A DNA stretch of 63,804 nucleotides, counting the filler, from Octopus bimaculoides (Eukaryota), in the NCBI RefSeq assembly GCF_001194135.2. It is 8 parts of 7 records of this genome, joined end to end, with 100 filler letters (N's around TTAATTAATTAA, not from the genome) between each part and the next. Parts side by side here need not be neighbours in the genome. Positions count along the whole stretch, not along the records: positions 32,264 to 44,093 come from NC_069009.1; positions 44,194 to 50,384 come from NC_068996.1; positions 50,485 to 56,966 come from NC_068999.1; 5 more parts are not named here. One strand, 5' to 3'. Shown here one piece after another: positions 40,173-52,945 of this stretch. The notes beneath the pieces are model-generated. The model was not told the origin of the DNA, did no database searches, and saw nothing but the letters and a program-made list of their open reading frames with translations. Position numbers and translations under genes: made by a program. Numbering within the stretch: the first letter of the stretch is position 1; each line of letters opens with the position of its first letter.

Positions 40173-40494
40173 GTGTGTGTGTGTTTTTATATTATTAATA
40201 AATTCAAAAAATTATCAATAATATATATATTTTATGAATTTATTAATAATATAAAAACACATATATATATAAATATTTATTTGCTCAAATAGAGCACTTA
40301 ATATAAGTTCAGTTACATATTCNNNNNNNNNNNNNNNNNNNNNNNNNNNNNNNNNNNNNNNNNNNNNNNNNNNNNNNNNNNNNNNNNNNNNNNNNNNNNN
40401 NNNNNNNNNNNNNNNNNNNNNNNNNNNNATATACAAATATATTATATACATATATATATATATACACACAAGCACACATATACGACGAGAAAAT

Positions 40495-41448
40495 TTCATA
40501 TCCGCGCATTTTCTGGCTTTTAATTCAAATCGTGTGGTACCCATTTGTCGAGCTTTTTCGATTTTCCGATCTCATGGAAATGATTGCAAGTAGTTTTCAG
40601 GCTAACTTGAAGTCCTGTTGCCAGTACTCAAGTGGTTTTGCGTCTTTCTCAATGATGGTCTTTAATTGACCGCTATCGATGAATGATGAGCGTCTACTAT
40701 GCTCACGATCTCAAATGCGAAATCGTTTAAACCATTTTCTAGCTAACCACTTATTCGTCATTTCTTCACCAAATGTTTCATTGATATCGCGAGCACTTTC
40801 AGCTGCTTTACGTCCTTTTTTGAAGTTGAATAGCAAAATTGCTCAAATATCGCTCTTTGACAGTTCAATTTCTAACCACTTATTCGTCATTTCCTCACCA
40901 AATGTTTCATTGATATCGCGAGCNNNNNNNNNNCGAGCACTTTCAGCTGCTTTACGTCCTTTTTTGAAGTTGAATAGCAAAATTGCTCAAATATCGCTCT
41001 TTGACAGTTCAATTTCTAACCACTTATTCGTCATTTCCTCACCAAATGTTTCATTGATATCGCGAGCACTTTCAGCTGCTTTACGTCCTTTCTTGAAGTT
41101 GAATAGCAAAATTTCTCAAATATCGCTCTTTGACAGTTCAATTTCTAACCACTTATTCGTCATTTCCTCACCAAATGTTTCATTGATATCGCGAGCACTT
41201 TCAGCTGCTTTACGTCCTTTTTTGAAGTTGAATAGCAAAATTGCTCAAATATCGCTCTTTGACAGTTCCATTTCAGATGATTGCAATAACGGTGAAAAAA
41301 ATATCAATGTTATTTTATTGATGCATTTGGGAAAGTCTATGTCTGTATTATCAGACAATTGCAAAATAATGTTGAAAATACTTTAAAACTCTGCAAAAAT
41401 CCGGTACAAATTCTTTAAAACGTTGCTTACTTTTTACTCCACCTGATA
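40495..41448 (-). mobile_element. Mariner 5' relic with intact TIR and a 4 x 129-bp tandem amplification of the N-terminal HTH region
   Basis: TA-flanked TIR tatcaggtggagtaaaaagta. Frame MELSKSDI*AILLFNFKKGRKAAESARDINETFGEE...WFKRFR, and a downstream KLDKWVPH motif. Confidence 0.85.
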
Positions 41449-41632
41449 TGTGTATATATNNNNNNNNNNNNNNNNNNNNNNNNNNNNNNNNNNNNNNNNN
41501 NNNNNNNNNNNNNNNNNNNNNNNNNNNNNNNNNNNNNNNNNNNNNNNNNNNNNNNNNNNNNNNNNNNNNNNNNNNNNNNNNNNNNNNNNNACACATATAC
41601 ATACATACAGACATATATATATACATATATAC

Positions 41633-41795
41633 CACGGGCTTCTTTCAGTTTCCGTCTACCAAATCCACTCACAAGGCTTTGGTCGGTCCGAGGCTATAGT
41701 AGAAGACACTTGCCCAAGGTGCCAAGCAGTGGGACTGAACCCGGAACTATGTGGTTGGTAAGCAAGCTACTTACCACACAGCCACTCCTGCGCCT
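41633..41795 (-). mobile_element. SINE family A, 5' half
   Basis: Near-consensus match. Confidence 0.88.
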
Positions 41796-41933
41796 GGTTG
41801 TATATATATATATACATATAAGAAAGCTCTTGCAAAACTACTGTAAATCCTTTTCCAGAGTTCCCTTGAATGCAGTACATTTCCTCAAATATTATAAGAA
41901 GGAATAATCCCCCCTGTCCAGGAAGCAGAGCAG

Positions 41934-43546
41934 ATCCTATAAACTACAGGCCTATCCATCTGACCTCATATGTCAGCAAGAACCAGAAAAAGACTGACCA
42001 CATTCCCAGAAGAAAATGACTTGCTTTCAGACACACAACATTGTTTCCGTCCTGCCTAACACAGCTACTACAGTACTTCGACTGGGTACTAAAACAACAG
42101 CTCAACCATTCAAATGTAGATGTGATACATATCTCAACTTTGCCAAGGCCTTTATCAAAGTCGATCATGGGATGATATGTCACAAATTGCGTGACCTCGG
42201 TATCGCTGGCAGACTGAGAGAGTGGCTGCATGGTTTCCTGAAGGACAGAAGTTAGGCTGTCACAGAAAATGGTGCTTTCTCTGAAGTAACACCAATTCTC
42301 AGTGGAGTCCCCCAGGGAACAGTGCTGGGCCCACTACTGTTTGTGGTTGCTCTCTCGGACATGCCCTCAGCCTTAGAGTCAGCCACACTCACCAGCTACG
42401 CCGATGATACAAAGGTATCACAGGTGGTCAAAGATCCTACTGACATCTTTAGGCTGCAGAATGACCTGAACGCAATATATAAATGGGCCGATGAGAATAA
42501 TATGCAGTTCAATGACGCAAAATTTCAAGTACTCTGCTATCAGCCCACAAAAAGCTACAGCTGAAGTACACGGGGCCAGCAGGCAATGTAATCCCACAGT
42601 TAGAGTCGGTACATGACCTGGGAATCTACATGAGCAACGACGCAACTTTCCGTGTGCATATTGCTCAGATGGCAACACTACGCAGGCGGATGGCAGGTTG
42701 GATCTTAAGATCTTTGAGGACCAGGAACAGAGACACAATACATCTGCTTCGGAGAACATTTGTCCTCAATCGTCTGTGGTCCCCACAGAGTGTAAAACTA
42801 ATTGCGGAACTAGAGGCGATCCAACGCCACTACACAAAGAAGATAGACTCAATAAAACACATGGGCTACTGAGAGAAGTTGAAGGAATGGGACTCTACTC
42901 CCTGGAGAGGAGACGTGAAAAAGATATGCAGTGCTTTACATATGGTAAATAATGGAGGTTCCAGCTCCAAATTTCGGATTCAAAATTTACAACTAGGCGA
43001 AGGAGTGGCTGTGTGGTAAGTAGCTTGCTAACCAACCACATGGTCTCGGGTTCAGTCCCACTGCGTTGCACCTTGGGCAAGTGTATTCTACTATAGCTTC
43101 GGGCCGACCAAAGCCTTGTGAGTGGATGTGATAGACGGAAACTGAAAGAAGCCCGTTGTATATATGTATATATACGTGTGTGTGTGTGTGTGTGTCTGTG
43201 TTTGTCCCCACACCACATCGCTTGACGACCGATGCTTGTGTGTTTACGTCTCCGTAACTTAGCGTCTCGGTAAAAGAGGCCGATAGAATAAGTACTAGGC
43301 TTACAAAGAATAAGTCCTGGAGTCGATTTGCTCGACTAAAGGCGGTGCTCCAGCATGGCGGCAGTCAAATGACTGAAACAAGTAAAAGAGTAAAAACAGA
43401 GAGTAACATTCCGCGAAATGGACGGCACTGCAGAGTACCAAAGGTCCCATCTTCTCCATCGAAGATACGAACCCAATATTGTAACAGCTTGGGATTGAAG
43501 GGACCACAACTTTTTAATGCTCCACCACAAAGCATCAGGGATCTGC
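41934..43546 (+). pseudogene. CR1-like LINE reverse transcriptase relic, split by a SINE at 42995-43396
   Basis: FAKAF.KVDHG, SGVPQGTVLGPLLF and SYADDTK RT motifs. YSLERRRE and GRHCRVP...LGLKGPQLFN C-terminal motifs. Contains stops and frameshifts. Confidence 0.9.
42995..43396 (+). mobile_element. Full-length SINE family A nested in the CR1-like LINE
   Basis: LINE frame PNFGFKIYN resumes as IPRNGRHC after the SINE. Confidence 0.9.
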
Positions 43547-43705
43547 ATCCATCACAGCTTTTTGGATCCAGGCGAAACCATTACGGCGAAGAAGTACGGT
43601 CAGCAAATGGATGAAATGCATAAGAAACTCCGACAACAGCCAGCGTTGGTCTATAGAAAAGGACCAATTCTTCTCCACGACAACGCTCGGCCAAACGTCG
43701 CACAA
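43547..43705 (+). mobile_element. Mariner catalytic-domain fragment
   Basis: IHHSFLDPGETITAKKYGQQMDEMHKKL...PILLHDNARP. Confidence 0.85.
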
Positions 43706-43859
43706 TCTGGATGCGTGTAGGTTCATTTTTGATAATATGCTCATCTGTAGTTAATAACAAAAAAAAAGAGAAGAGAAGTAAAAAAAAAAAGGGAAAAAAA
43801 GGAAGCTGCACGTATAATACATAACTTAGAAGCAGCGTTATGTGGATGTACCAGCGCAC

Positions 43860-44093
43860 GCGAGATTGAGACATAGCCAAATTTGGAGTCCTTGGCACTA
43901 TGCAATGGCGTCCAGTTCTTTTATTTGTGTAACTTTCGATGCCAAAGTTTGGGACAATTCCTTCGAGAATCTTCCAGATGTATATTATGGCATATCTTTC
44001 TCGTCTACGCTCTAAGGAATAGAGTCTTAATCTCTTGAGTCTTTCCCAATAGCTTATATGCTGCATAGAGGCTATCTTCTTCGTGTAGCTTCG
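43860..44093 (-). mobile_element. Second CR1-like LINE C-terminal fragment
   Basis: SYWERLKRLRLYSLERRRERYAIIYIWKILEGIVPNFG...GRHC. Confidence 0.85.
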
Positions 44094-44193
44094 NNNNNNN
44101 NNNNNNNNNNNNNNNNNNNNNNNNNNNNNNNNNNNNNTTAATTAATTAANNNNNNNNNNNNNNNNNNNNNNNNNNNNNNNNNNNNNNNNNNNN

Positions 44194-44241
<48 letters not shown>

Positions 44242-44374
44242 CGCACACACTCATACACACAGACTCACATGCGCCTGCGCACATATATGCTGGATAAAGA
44301 AAAGTACAACTGGGACAACTTTTCACAAAGGTTCTATTAGTTTCACATTTGAATAGAAAAGAAGAGGATAAAGG

Positions 44375-44416
44375 CTTTTGACGTTTCGGTCATAGTGTGC
44401 TTCATCAGATTAAAAG
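44375..44416 (-). ncRNA. Minimal hammerhead-like motif (Penelope-like relic)
   Basis: CTGATGA-agcacactatgacc-GAAACGTC-aaaag; core intact, but stems I and II pair poorly. Confidence 0.45.
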
Positions 44417-44639
44417 AAGGAAAAATGAGGGGTGGGGGGGGAAAGTGGGGACATAGAAGGAGAGTAGGAAAAAGATTAGCGGCGGCGAACCTCATGCAAC
44501 TCTGAAACCGAAAATACAGACACATAGCTGGGAACCAAGCGTTTTACCACACAGCTACGCCGCTTGAATACTGTTACAAAATCTTATCAACATTTAGTAG
44601 CAAGCTCCTGAAAGCGATATCAATGAAAGAAGTCTGTCA

Positions 44640-45035
44640 CTAATATCGGACGCCATTCACATAGCGAAATCCCATCGACCAGACCGTCTCCTACTATATC
44701 CTTGGGGCGACCAAAGCCCTGTGAATGGACTTGGTGGACTGAAATTAACAGAAGCCCATTTGTGTGTGTGTGTGTGTGTGCGCGCGCGTCTGTGTATATG
44801 TGTTGGCGAAGAAGTTGTGCGTCCGTGTGCCAGTGTTTGTCGCCCACCCCTGATTCACAACCGGTGTTGTATTTATGACCCCGTAACTTAGCAGTTCGAT
44901 AAAGAGAACCGACGTTTTACAAAACAGGTTTTTTTACAAAAGTACTACAGTGCATTCATCCAACTAAAATTCTTCAAGGCAGTGCTCCAGTATGGCCGCA
45001 GTTTAATGACTGAAACAAGTAAAAGATAGAAGGTG
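44640..45035 (+). mobile_element. Old SINE family A-related copy
   Basis: gaccaaagccctgtgaatgg, ccccgtaacttagc and gtgctccagtatggccgcag...gactgaaacaagtaaaag. Confidence 0.75.
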
Positions 45036-45400
45036 AACAATAAAAGGTAAACGAAAGCCGAATACTATGCACAAATGTATCTCTTGCAGTCCGTATTAAC
45101 ACGGCAGAGAATGTTATTTGTCCAAATTATCAAAGACGCAATGAGTGAAGTAATAACAGATTTATATTTTTAAAAACTGTTTGGTTTTGGAAGAACAAGC
45201 AAAACCTGACTGGCATCCACTAGTCCAGGTTTCCACAACCAGCAGGCCGCGTAGTTATATCGGTCGGTGGACCATTTGGTATTGGGCCGCACAGTAAGGA
45301 TAACTTCTTGTAAAAGAATTTTGAGCTGTATTGTATAAACTACAATGCCATTATAGTAGAAATAAAGTGCATAATATACAATGCAATAATTACATTTGAG

Positions 45401-46145
45401 CTATGTATGTATGTATGTATGTGTGTATGCATGTATGTGTGTATGTATGTATGTATATATGTATGAATGTATGTATGTATGTATGCATGCATGCATCTAT
45501 ATATGTATGAATGTATGTTTGTATGTATGTATGCATGTATGCATGTATGTATGGATGGATGGATGTGTGTATGTATGTATGTATGCATGTATGCATGTAT
45601 GCATGTATGTATGTATACATGTATGTATGTATGTATGTATGTATGTACGTACGTATGTATGTATGTATGTATACATGTATGTATGTATGTATGTATGTAT
45701 GTGTGTGTATGTATGCATGTATGTATGGATGTATGGATGTATGTATGTATGTATACATGTATGTATNNNNNNNNNNATGTATGTATGTATGCATGTATGC
45801 ATGTATGCATGTATGTATGTATACATGTATGTATGTATGTATGTTTGTATGTATGGATGTATGTGTGTATGTATGTATGTATGCATGTATGCATGTATGT
45901 ATGTATACATGTATGTATGTATGTATGTATGTATGTATGCATGTATGCATGTATGTATGTATACATGTATGTATGTATGTATGTATGTATGTACGTACGT
46001 ATGTATGTATGTATGTATACATGTATGTATGTATGTATGTATGTATGTGTGTGTATGTATGCATGTATGTATGGATGTATGGATGTATGTATGTATGTAT
46101 ACATGTATGTATGTATGCATGTATGTATGTATGCATGTATGTATG
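45401..46145. repeat. (ATGT)n with higher-order duplication of about 346 bp
   Basis: The variant blocks tacgtacg and ggatgtatggatg recur at a 346-bp offset. Confidence 0.85.
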
Positions 46146-46149
46146 TATA

Positions 46150-46507
46150 TGAAGGCGTATGAATCAATGGTTAGAGTGTCGAACTCACAATCGTGAGGTA
46201 GTGAGTTCGATTCCCAGGCCGGACTGTGTGTTATGTTCTTAAGCAAGACACTTTATTTCACGTTGCTCCAGTTAACTCAGCTGTAGAAATGAGTTGTGAC
46301 GTCACTGGTACCAAGCTGGATCGGCCCCTTTGCCTTTCTCTTGGATGACATCGGTGGCGTGGGGGAGGGAAGCAGGGGTGCATGGGCGACTGCTGGTCTT
46401 CCAAAGAATAAACCTTGCCCGGACTTGTGCCTTGGAGGAGAACTTTTTAGGTGGAATCCCATGGTCATTCATGGGATTGCATCTGAAGCGGGTCTTTACC
46501 TTTTTAC
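46150..46507 (+). mobile_element. Full-length SINE family C
   Basis: tRNA-like head (caatggttagag, gttcgattcc), gcaagacactt block and 3' body. Confidence 0.85.
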
Positions 46508-47371
46508 TTGTGTATGTATGTATGTATGTATGTATGTATGCCTGTTTGTATGCATGCATGCATGTATGTATGTATGTATGTATGTATGTATGCATGTATG
46601 TATGCCTGTTTGTATGCATGCATGCATGCATGTATGTATGTATGTATGTATGTATGTATGTATGCATGTATGTATGCCTGTTTGTATGCATGCATGCATG
46701 CATGTATGTATGTATGTATGTATGTATGTATGTATGCATGTATGTATGTATGTATGTATGTATGTATGCATGTATGTATGCCTGTTTGTATGCATGCATG
46801 CATGCATGTATGTATGTATGTATGTATGTATGCATGTATGTATGTATGTATGTATGAATGTATGAATGTATGTATGTATGAATGTATGTATGTATTTATG
46901 TATGTATGTATGCTTGTATGTATTTATGTATGAATGTATGTATGTATTTGTGGATCTGTTTGGAAGGCATGATTATTGGAAAGAGAAACATGGGTAACCA
47001 ACCTAAGAATCAGAGAGATAACAACACAGCATAGGCAGGCCTTGGCATAGTTTCCCTGAATGATCTTATCAAAGATCGAATACCATAGAGGCAACTATCT
47101 CACATTAATGCGCATTCTGCCGCAGACGGAAACAACGTTATTAAAAAAAAGTGTAAGAATTAAATCACATATATGCATATTGTGTTTTGTTATGTACTTT
47201 ATCCTTCGGCCGTGGAAAAACTGTTTAGCATGAAAACAGTCTGTGGTATAAAAATAACTCCGAATTATCTCGGAGGGCTTGTAAATCTTTGTAAACTTTT
47301 CATATTGTATTTTTTTAAATAAACCTATCTGCACAGTCACGTGTGTGCGTGGAGTACGTACACATAGTTGG

Positions 47372-48572
47372 CAGGTCAAATCAAAAGTGTTTTTCGTATT
47401 TTAAGCGTCAATTAGTAGTTCAAAGCATGTACGAAAAGCGTTTATTCACATTCTATTGTCTGTTACCATCGTTGTGTCAGAAGCTCAATTCCACGCTTAT
47501 ACCGTTTGGCTGGTTTAGACGTATACAACTCTCTGCAGCCGTTTTCAACCTCAACCACATTGTTGAACCTCCATTCATGCAGGGAATGGAGCGTGCAGAA
47601 AATGGCTTGGAAAAAGTGATAATTTGATGTTGCAAAGTCTAGACTATAGGCAGAGTGAGATACCACTTCCAGTCCCTCACATACTTCAAGTTTTTGCTTG
47701 GCTACATTGGCAATGTGTGCTGAGGTATTGTCCTACAGTTGGAGAGCTCGTCTTCGATTGATCAATGCCGAGTAGCGGGCTTTCAAAGTATCATACACTC
47801 GCTGCAATCGCTAAGCATAAAGTTGAGCTTTCATAGCATGACCATCTGGGACAAACTCAAAAGTGCAACACCCCACTTAAAATTCCACCAAACACACGAC
47901 ATGCCCTAATCAATTTGCCTTGCCTGACATCAGGTTCTGAAGCCTCGCCAGAACGAAGCTACTGATTTCTCATATTAAGATTACGAAAATAGTTCCATTT
48001 TTCATTCTCAGTTACAATTCGATTCCAAAACGAGCATTTCGAAGATTTTCCAGCAGTTGCTTGGAAATGTTTACACGTTGTAGAGCATGGCGATTGCTCA
48101 CTTCATGAAGACTTCTCGACCACATCTGTTGACAAGGTTGAACTTATGAGGATATCGATTGATGGTGCTTTGTTAAGGACCAAGTTCTGCTGACAATGTA
48201 AGAGTGCTTCATCTTAGTTTGTCTTCGAGGCTGATGTTACCTTCCTTGAAACGTCTGAACAAACATTGTGCCACACATTTGTCGACAGTTCCTAGGCCTT
48301 CCACATTATTTATTTATTTTTGCCGCTGCCCTGGCACTCAAACCTTTTCTTCCACAAGCTGCGTAAATTGAATCTAATTGCAATTTTGTCACCAGTCATT
48401 ATCAAAGCAGCAAAATAAAGAATAAGCAATTAATTTACATGTTATTTATGAGAATAAAGAATAATTCAGCAGCCATTGGGTAAAAAGTTGCATCAAATTA
48501 GTGATGTAACATGGAGGTATATGTCGCCAAAAATCGTCGGTGAAAATTCGAAAGAAAGCTTGACTCAATCTG
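47372..48572 (-). mobile_element. Full-size (1.2 kb) decayed mariner
   Basis: HSAYSLDFATSNYHFF resembles HPPYSPDLAPSDYHLF; degenerate inverted ends at 47372-47402 and 48543-48572. Confidence 0.75.
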
Positions 48573-48774
48573 TTATATATATGTAGTCGTATAAATCGTC
48601 TGCTAAAATATATATACAAACCCGTTAAAAGGATGCATGTGATTACACATATGCTCCTATTCATTAATACATTAAAAAAATCTTCAATTGACTTAAAGGA
48701 AATAGCATTGTCGAATTGTTATTGACCTGTGAAGTACTATACATATAGATATACATACATATATACATATATAT

Positions 48775-48840
48775 GACGTAGTGGTTAAGAGCGTGGGCTA
48801 CTAACCCCAAGATTCTAAGTTCGATTCCAGGCAGTGACCC

Positions 48841-48891
<51 letters not shown>

Positions 48892-49252
48892 TAATAATAA
48901 TAATGATGATGATGATGATGATGATAATAATAATAATAATATGCAGTACCAGGCAGTGACTCATGGCTTCTGATCTTAACTGATTGGAAGTGTTATCATG
49001 TACATTGTTTTGTCTTGGTATAAAAAGATTGGCTACAGCAAATATTCTGCTTAATACCACAGATTTGCTTGTGAGTTGTTTGACCTTAACCAGTTGAGCA
49101 TGTCCCTTGGTGGCTGACGATATGTGCATCTCTGTTCACCAGCAGAAGTAGTGGGGGAGCATCATAGCCATGTGTTGAGAGGAATTCTTTGGGGTTTGAA
49201 TAATTCACCTTTGGAAACACGGGTGTTTTGTTCAACATCCTTAAACAAACCT
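48775..49252 (+). mobile_element. SINE family E: tRNA-Arg-like head, (AAT/GAT)n, then body
   Basis: ctactaaccccaagattctaagttcgattccaggc resembles the tRNA-Arg(ACG) 3' half; the body matches 9300-9617. Confidence 0.8.
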
Positions 49253-49891
49253 TACATACGTGTCACATACATACATACATACATACATACATACATACAT
49301 ACAAAATACAAAGGCACGTTCATTTCGATACTTACAAACATACACAAAAATTTATATACATATGCGTATATATGTAAATATAAGAATACATATCGTACAC
49401 ACATGAGCATAAGCACACATAGATATGCCACGCGCGTGCTGATGCTCATGAATACACACGCTTATANNNNNNNNNNNNNNNNNNNNNNNNNNNNNNNNNN
49501 NNNNNNNNNNNNNNNNNNNNNNNNNNNNNNNNNNNNNNNNNNNNNNNNNNNNNNNNNNNNNNNNNNNNNNNNNNNNNNNNNNNNNNNNNNNNNNNNNNNN
49601 NNNNNNNNNNNNNNNNNNNNNNNNNNNNNNNNNNNNNNNNNNNNNNNNNNNNNNNNNNNNNNNNNNNNNNNNNNNNNNNNNNNNNNNNNNNNNNNNNNNN
49701 NNNNNNNNNNNNNNNNNNNNNNNNNNNNNNNNNNNNNNNNNNNNNNNNNNNNNNNNNNNNNNNNNNNNNNNNNNNNNNNNNNNNNNNNNNNNNNNNNNNN
49801 NNNNNNNNNNNNNNNNNNNNNNNNNNNNNNNNNNNNNNNNNNNNNNNNNNNNNNNNNNNNNNNNNNNNNNNNNNNNNNNNNNNNNNNNNNN

Positions 49892-49926
<35 letters not shown>

Positions 49927-50020
49927 TTATACATATAGATGAGTGTATGTCTGTGCATGTGTGTATGTGTATGTATGCACACACAAACACAAACACACAC
50001 ATAGGGCACAGACACACAGG

Positions 50021-50058
<38 letters not shown>

Positions 50059-51939
50059 TATACACACGCACACACCCACATACACGCGCGCACACGCAGG
50101 CACGCACTTGTCAGAAGATATATGACTGCATAAAAATAAGCTGATGAAAATACAAAACAAAAAAAAGAACCGTAAGGAAACAAAGAGTCTACATCTGTAT
50201 AAATTGATATATGTATGTAAACGTCTATAGCTAAAATCATTTTGAGGTACGCCAGCGTTAAATAAATGATTTCCCAGGTTTGCTGGTGCAATGTTTCACC
50301 GTCATCTTTGTTTTTATTTCTTCACGCTGTTGTATGTATGTGTGAGTGTATATATATATGTATATATATATATATATATATATANNNNNNNNNNNNNNNN
50401 NNNNNNNNNNNNNNNNNNNNNNNNNNNNTTAATTAATTAANNNNNNNNNNNNNNNNNNNNNNNNNNNNNNNNNNNNNNNNNNNNCATGCATGTAATTATC
50501 TTTCTCTTTGTGTATATATATATATATATATATATATACGTATATATATATATCAAGAACAATGAACTATTTTAGTTTTTCTCATATAACACATTTGACG
50601 AATGCAAAGGAAAATTTTGAATAGAAAAGAAAATTCGTTTAGATGAATATATCTAATCCACAGATCATAGATTTCCTTATATATTTTTTTGTTCTCTCGA
50701 CACTTGACAGGCGGGAAATGCTGTAAAAGGCAAAATAGCGCTGAGAATAAACCAAGATTTACTACTTTTTGTTGGAGACATTGTGTATCTGTGTGTGTAT
50801 GTGTAGGCATGCGTACATAGTCATATGTATATGTACATGTATGTACGTATATTTATATATATGTATATATATGCATACATGTGTGTATATCGTCTTGTTA
50901 CGCCTGTGTGTGTGAGTGTATGTCTATGTGCGCGGGCGGGGGAGTGTGTGTGTGTTTTAATCCTGTGTGAGGTAGATGTGACGAATTACGAATTTCTTAC
51001 GTGAATGATAAATCTTTCAAACGGATATTGAGCTATACCGAGATATGATATTTCTTGCGATATATTCTTTGTCAAATTGATGAGCTAACTGCTAAAGAAG
51101 AATTCTTGACAGGAACATTGTCAAAGAAGATAAATATTGAATATTTTTGACAGAATTTCAATCAATATATTTTTCTACTTTCTATCTGACACCAAATCAA
51201 GTATTGCAGTATGATTTTGAAATGGGAAAGTACTACAGCACAGAATGGCTAACATCAAATCATATTATTGACAAAATCAGAACGGAAACGGTATTCTAAA
51301 ACATTCTAGTATCTTTCGATGACGCAATAATGCTTGTTATTAAGTACGTACGTATTTAAGTATGTATGATGTAAGAATTCTTATTATGGTCGTGTGTATG
51401 TATATATCCATATTTCTATTTCGATATATTTATATCTGTCTATCTATTTAGCTATCTTTCTGCACGCATTAATGCGCACACACATAAATACACACAAACA
51501 CAAACACACGCAAAAACACACACATACACACACACATGACACGAACATATCTTAGGTGGCTACAAAGAAATGGTAGACATGAACCGGAAGTGTACTTATA
51601 TTTTATGATTTCCTTCGACTTTCATGCAAACTTCAGTGTAATTGATTGAAGAATGAAAAAAGTATAGTGAACAGACACAAGTTATTATATTACTTAATAC
51701 GATGAGATGCGTTACAACCTCCAAGTCCTCGTAATCCAAGAAATAATTCATCTGGGAAATCGCATTAAATTACTTTTCTTCTCTGACGTTAAAGCGTGAA
51801 GAATGAAAACATTCAAGATCATGTAGAAAGGAAAGTAGGCCTGTCCAAGGAGATTATTGCAGATTCTGCTTACGTATACCCATAAAATGAAGGATCAGGT
51901 AGTCTACGAATATATATATGTATGTCTGCCGGTATACTG

Positions 51940-52308
51940 CTTTACTCCTTTACTTATTTCAGTCATTTGACTGCGGCCATGCTGGAGCACCGCCTTTAGT
52001 CGAGTAAATCGACCCCAACACTTATTCTTTGTAAGCCTAGTTCTTATTCTATCGGTCTATTATGCTGAACCGCTAAGTTACGGGGATGAGAACACACCAG
52101 CATCGGTTGCCAAGCGATGGTGGGGAGACACACACAGACACACAAACATATACACACACACTCACACACACATGTACATATATACGACGGGCTTCTTTCA
52201 GTTACCGTCTACCAAATCCACTCACTAGGCTTTGGTCGGCCCGAGGCTATAGTAGAAGACACTTGCCCAATGTGCAATGTAGTGGGACTGAACTCAGAAC
52301 CTGCGCCT
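51940..52308 (-). mobile_element. SINE family A with a deletion in the head
   Basis: Near-consensus match. Confidence 0.88.
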
Positions 52309-52945
52309 ATATTATGTATGCATGTATTTATATCTTTATAGTGGTGTATACATAAATAGGCATATGGATAATATATCTTAAAATCACAGTAAATGTGTGA
52401 ATAATAAGTTTAAATAGATACTTTTCAGAAAATTCCAACATAGAGCGTTTTAACTATTTTAAAAGAATAATATCTTTTTGTTTCTCTACCTCTTGAAGAA
52501 AGCTTCTTTCGACTGATAAATCCACGAAATATAGCCAACTAAAACACACACATACACACACACACACACACAAATATATGTAGATATGTGTGTTTCTGTT
52601 TTTCTGTGTGTGCGTGTGTGCGCGGGCACGAACGTGTGAGTTAACGTGTCTGGGTTTACTTGTTTGTTCTCCAAATGTTTCAGGAAGCATTGAATTGTAC
52701 ATTATAGTCTTCAGCGTTATAACGAAAAGTCACGTCATAATACAGAAACTAGTTCGATTCTTTATGAACGCAAATTTCTCATAATCTTCTTCAAGTAACT
52801 TTTAAAATCGGAAGTGCAGCAAAGTGTTACCGCCACATATTGATTGTAGATTCTACTATAAAAGTAATTTTTATGAAAAGTAATATATATACTGAAAATA
52901 TATACTCAGAAATATATACATAAGGAATGAAAGGCATAGATTAGA

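Noticed and set aside
40679-41386. 235-aa repetitive ORF; also considered as a CRISPR-like array
   Set aside because: It is antisense to mariner coding sequence, and the units are contiguous with no unique spacers.
48775-48840. Possible tRNA gene (also heads at 46150 and 36687)
   Set aside because: No acceptor stem pairing, and each continues into a SINE body.
50128-50195. CTGATGA...GAAAC...GTC
   Set aside because: No stem I or stem II pairing; A-rich chance match.
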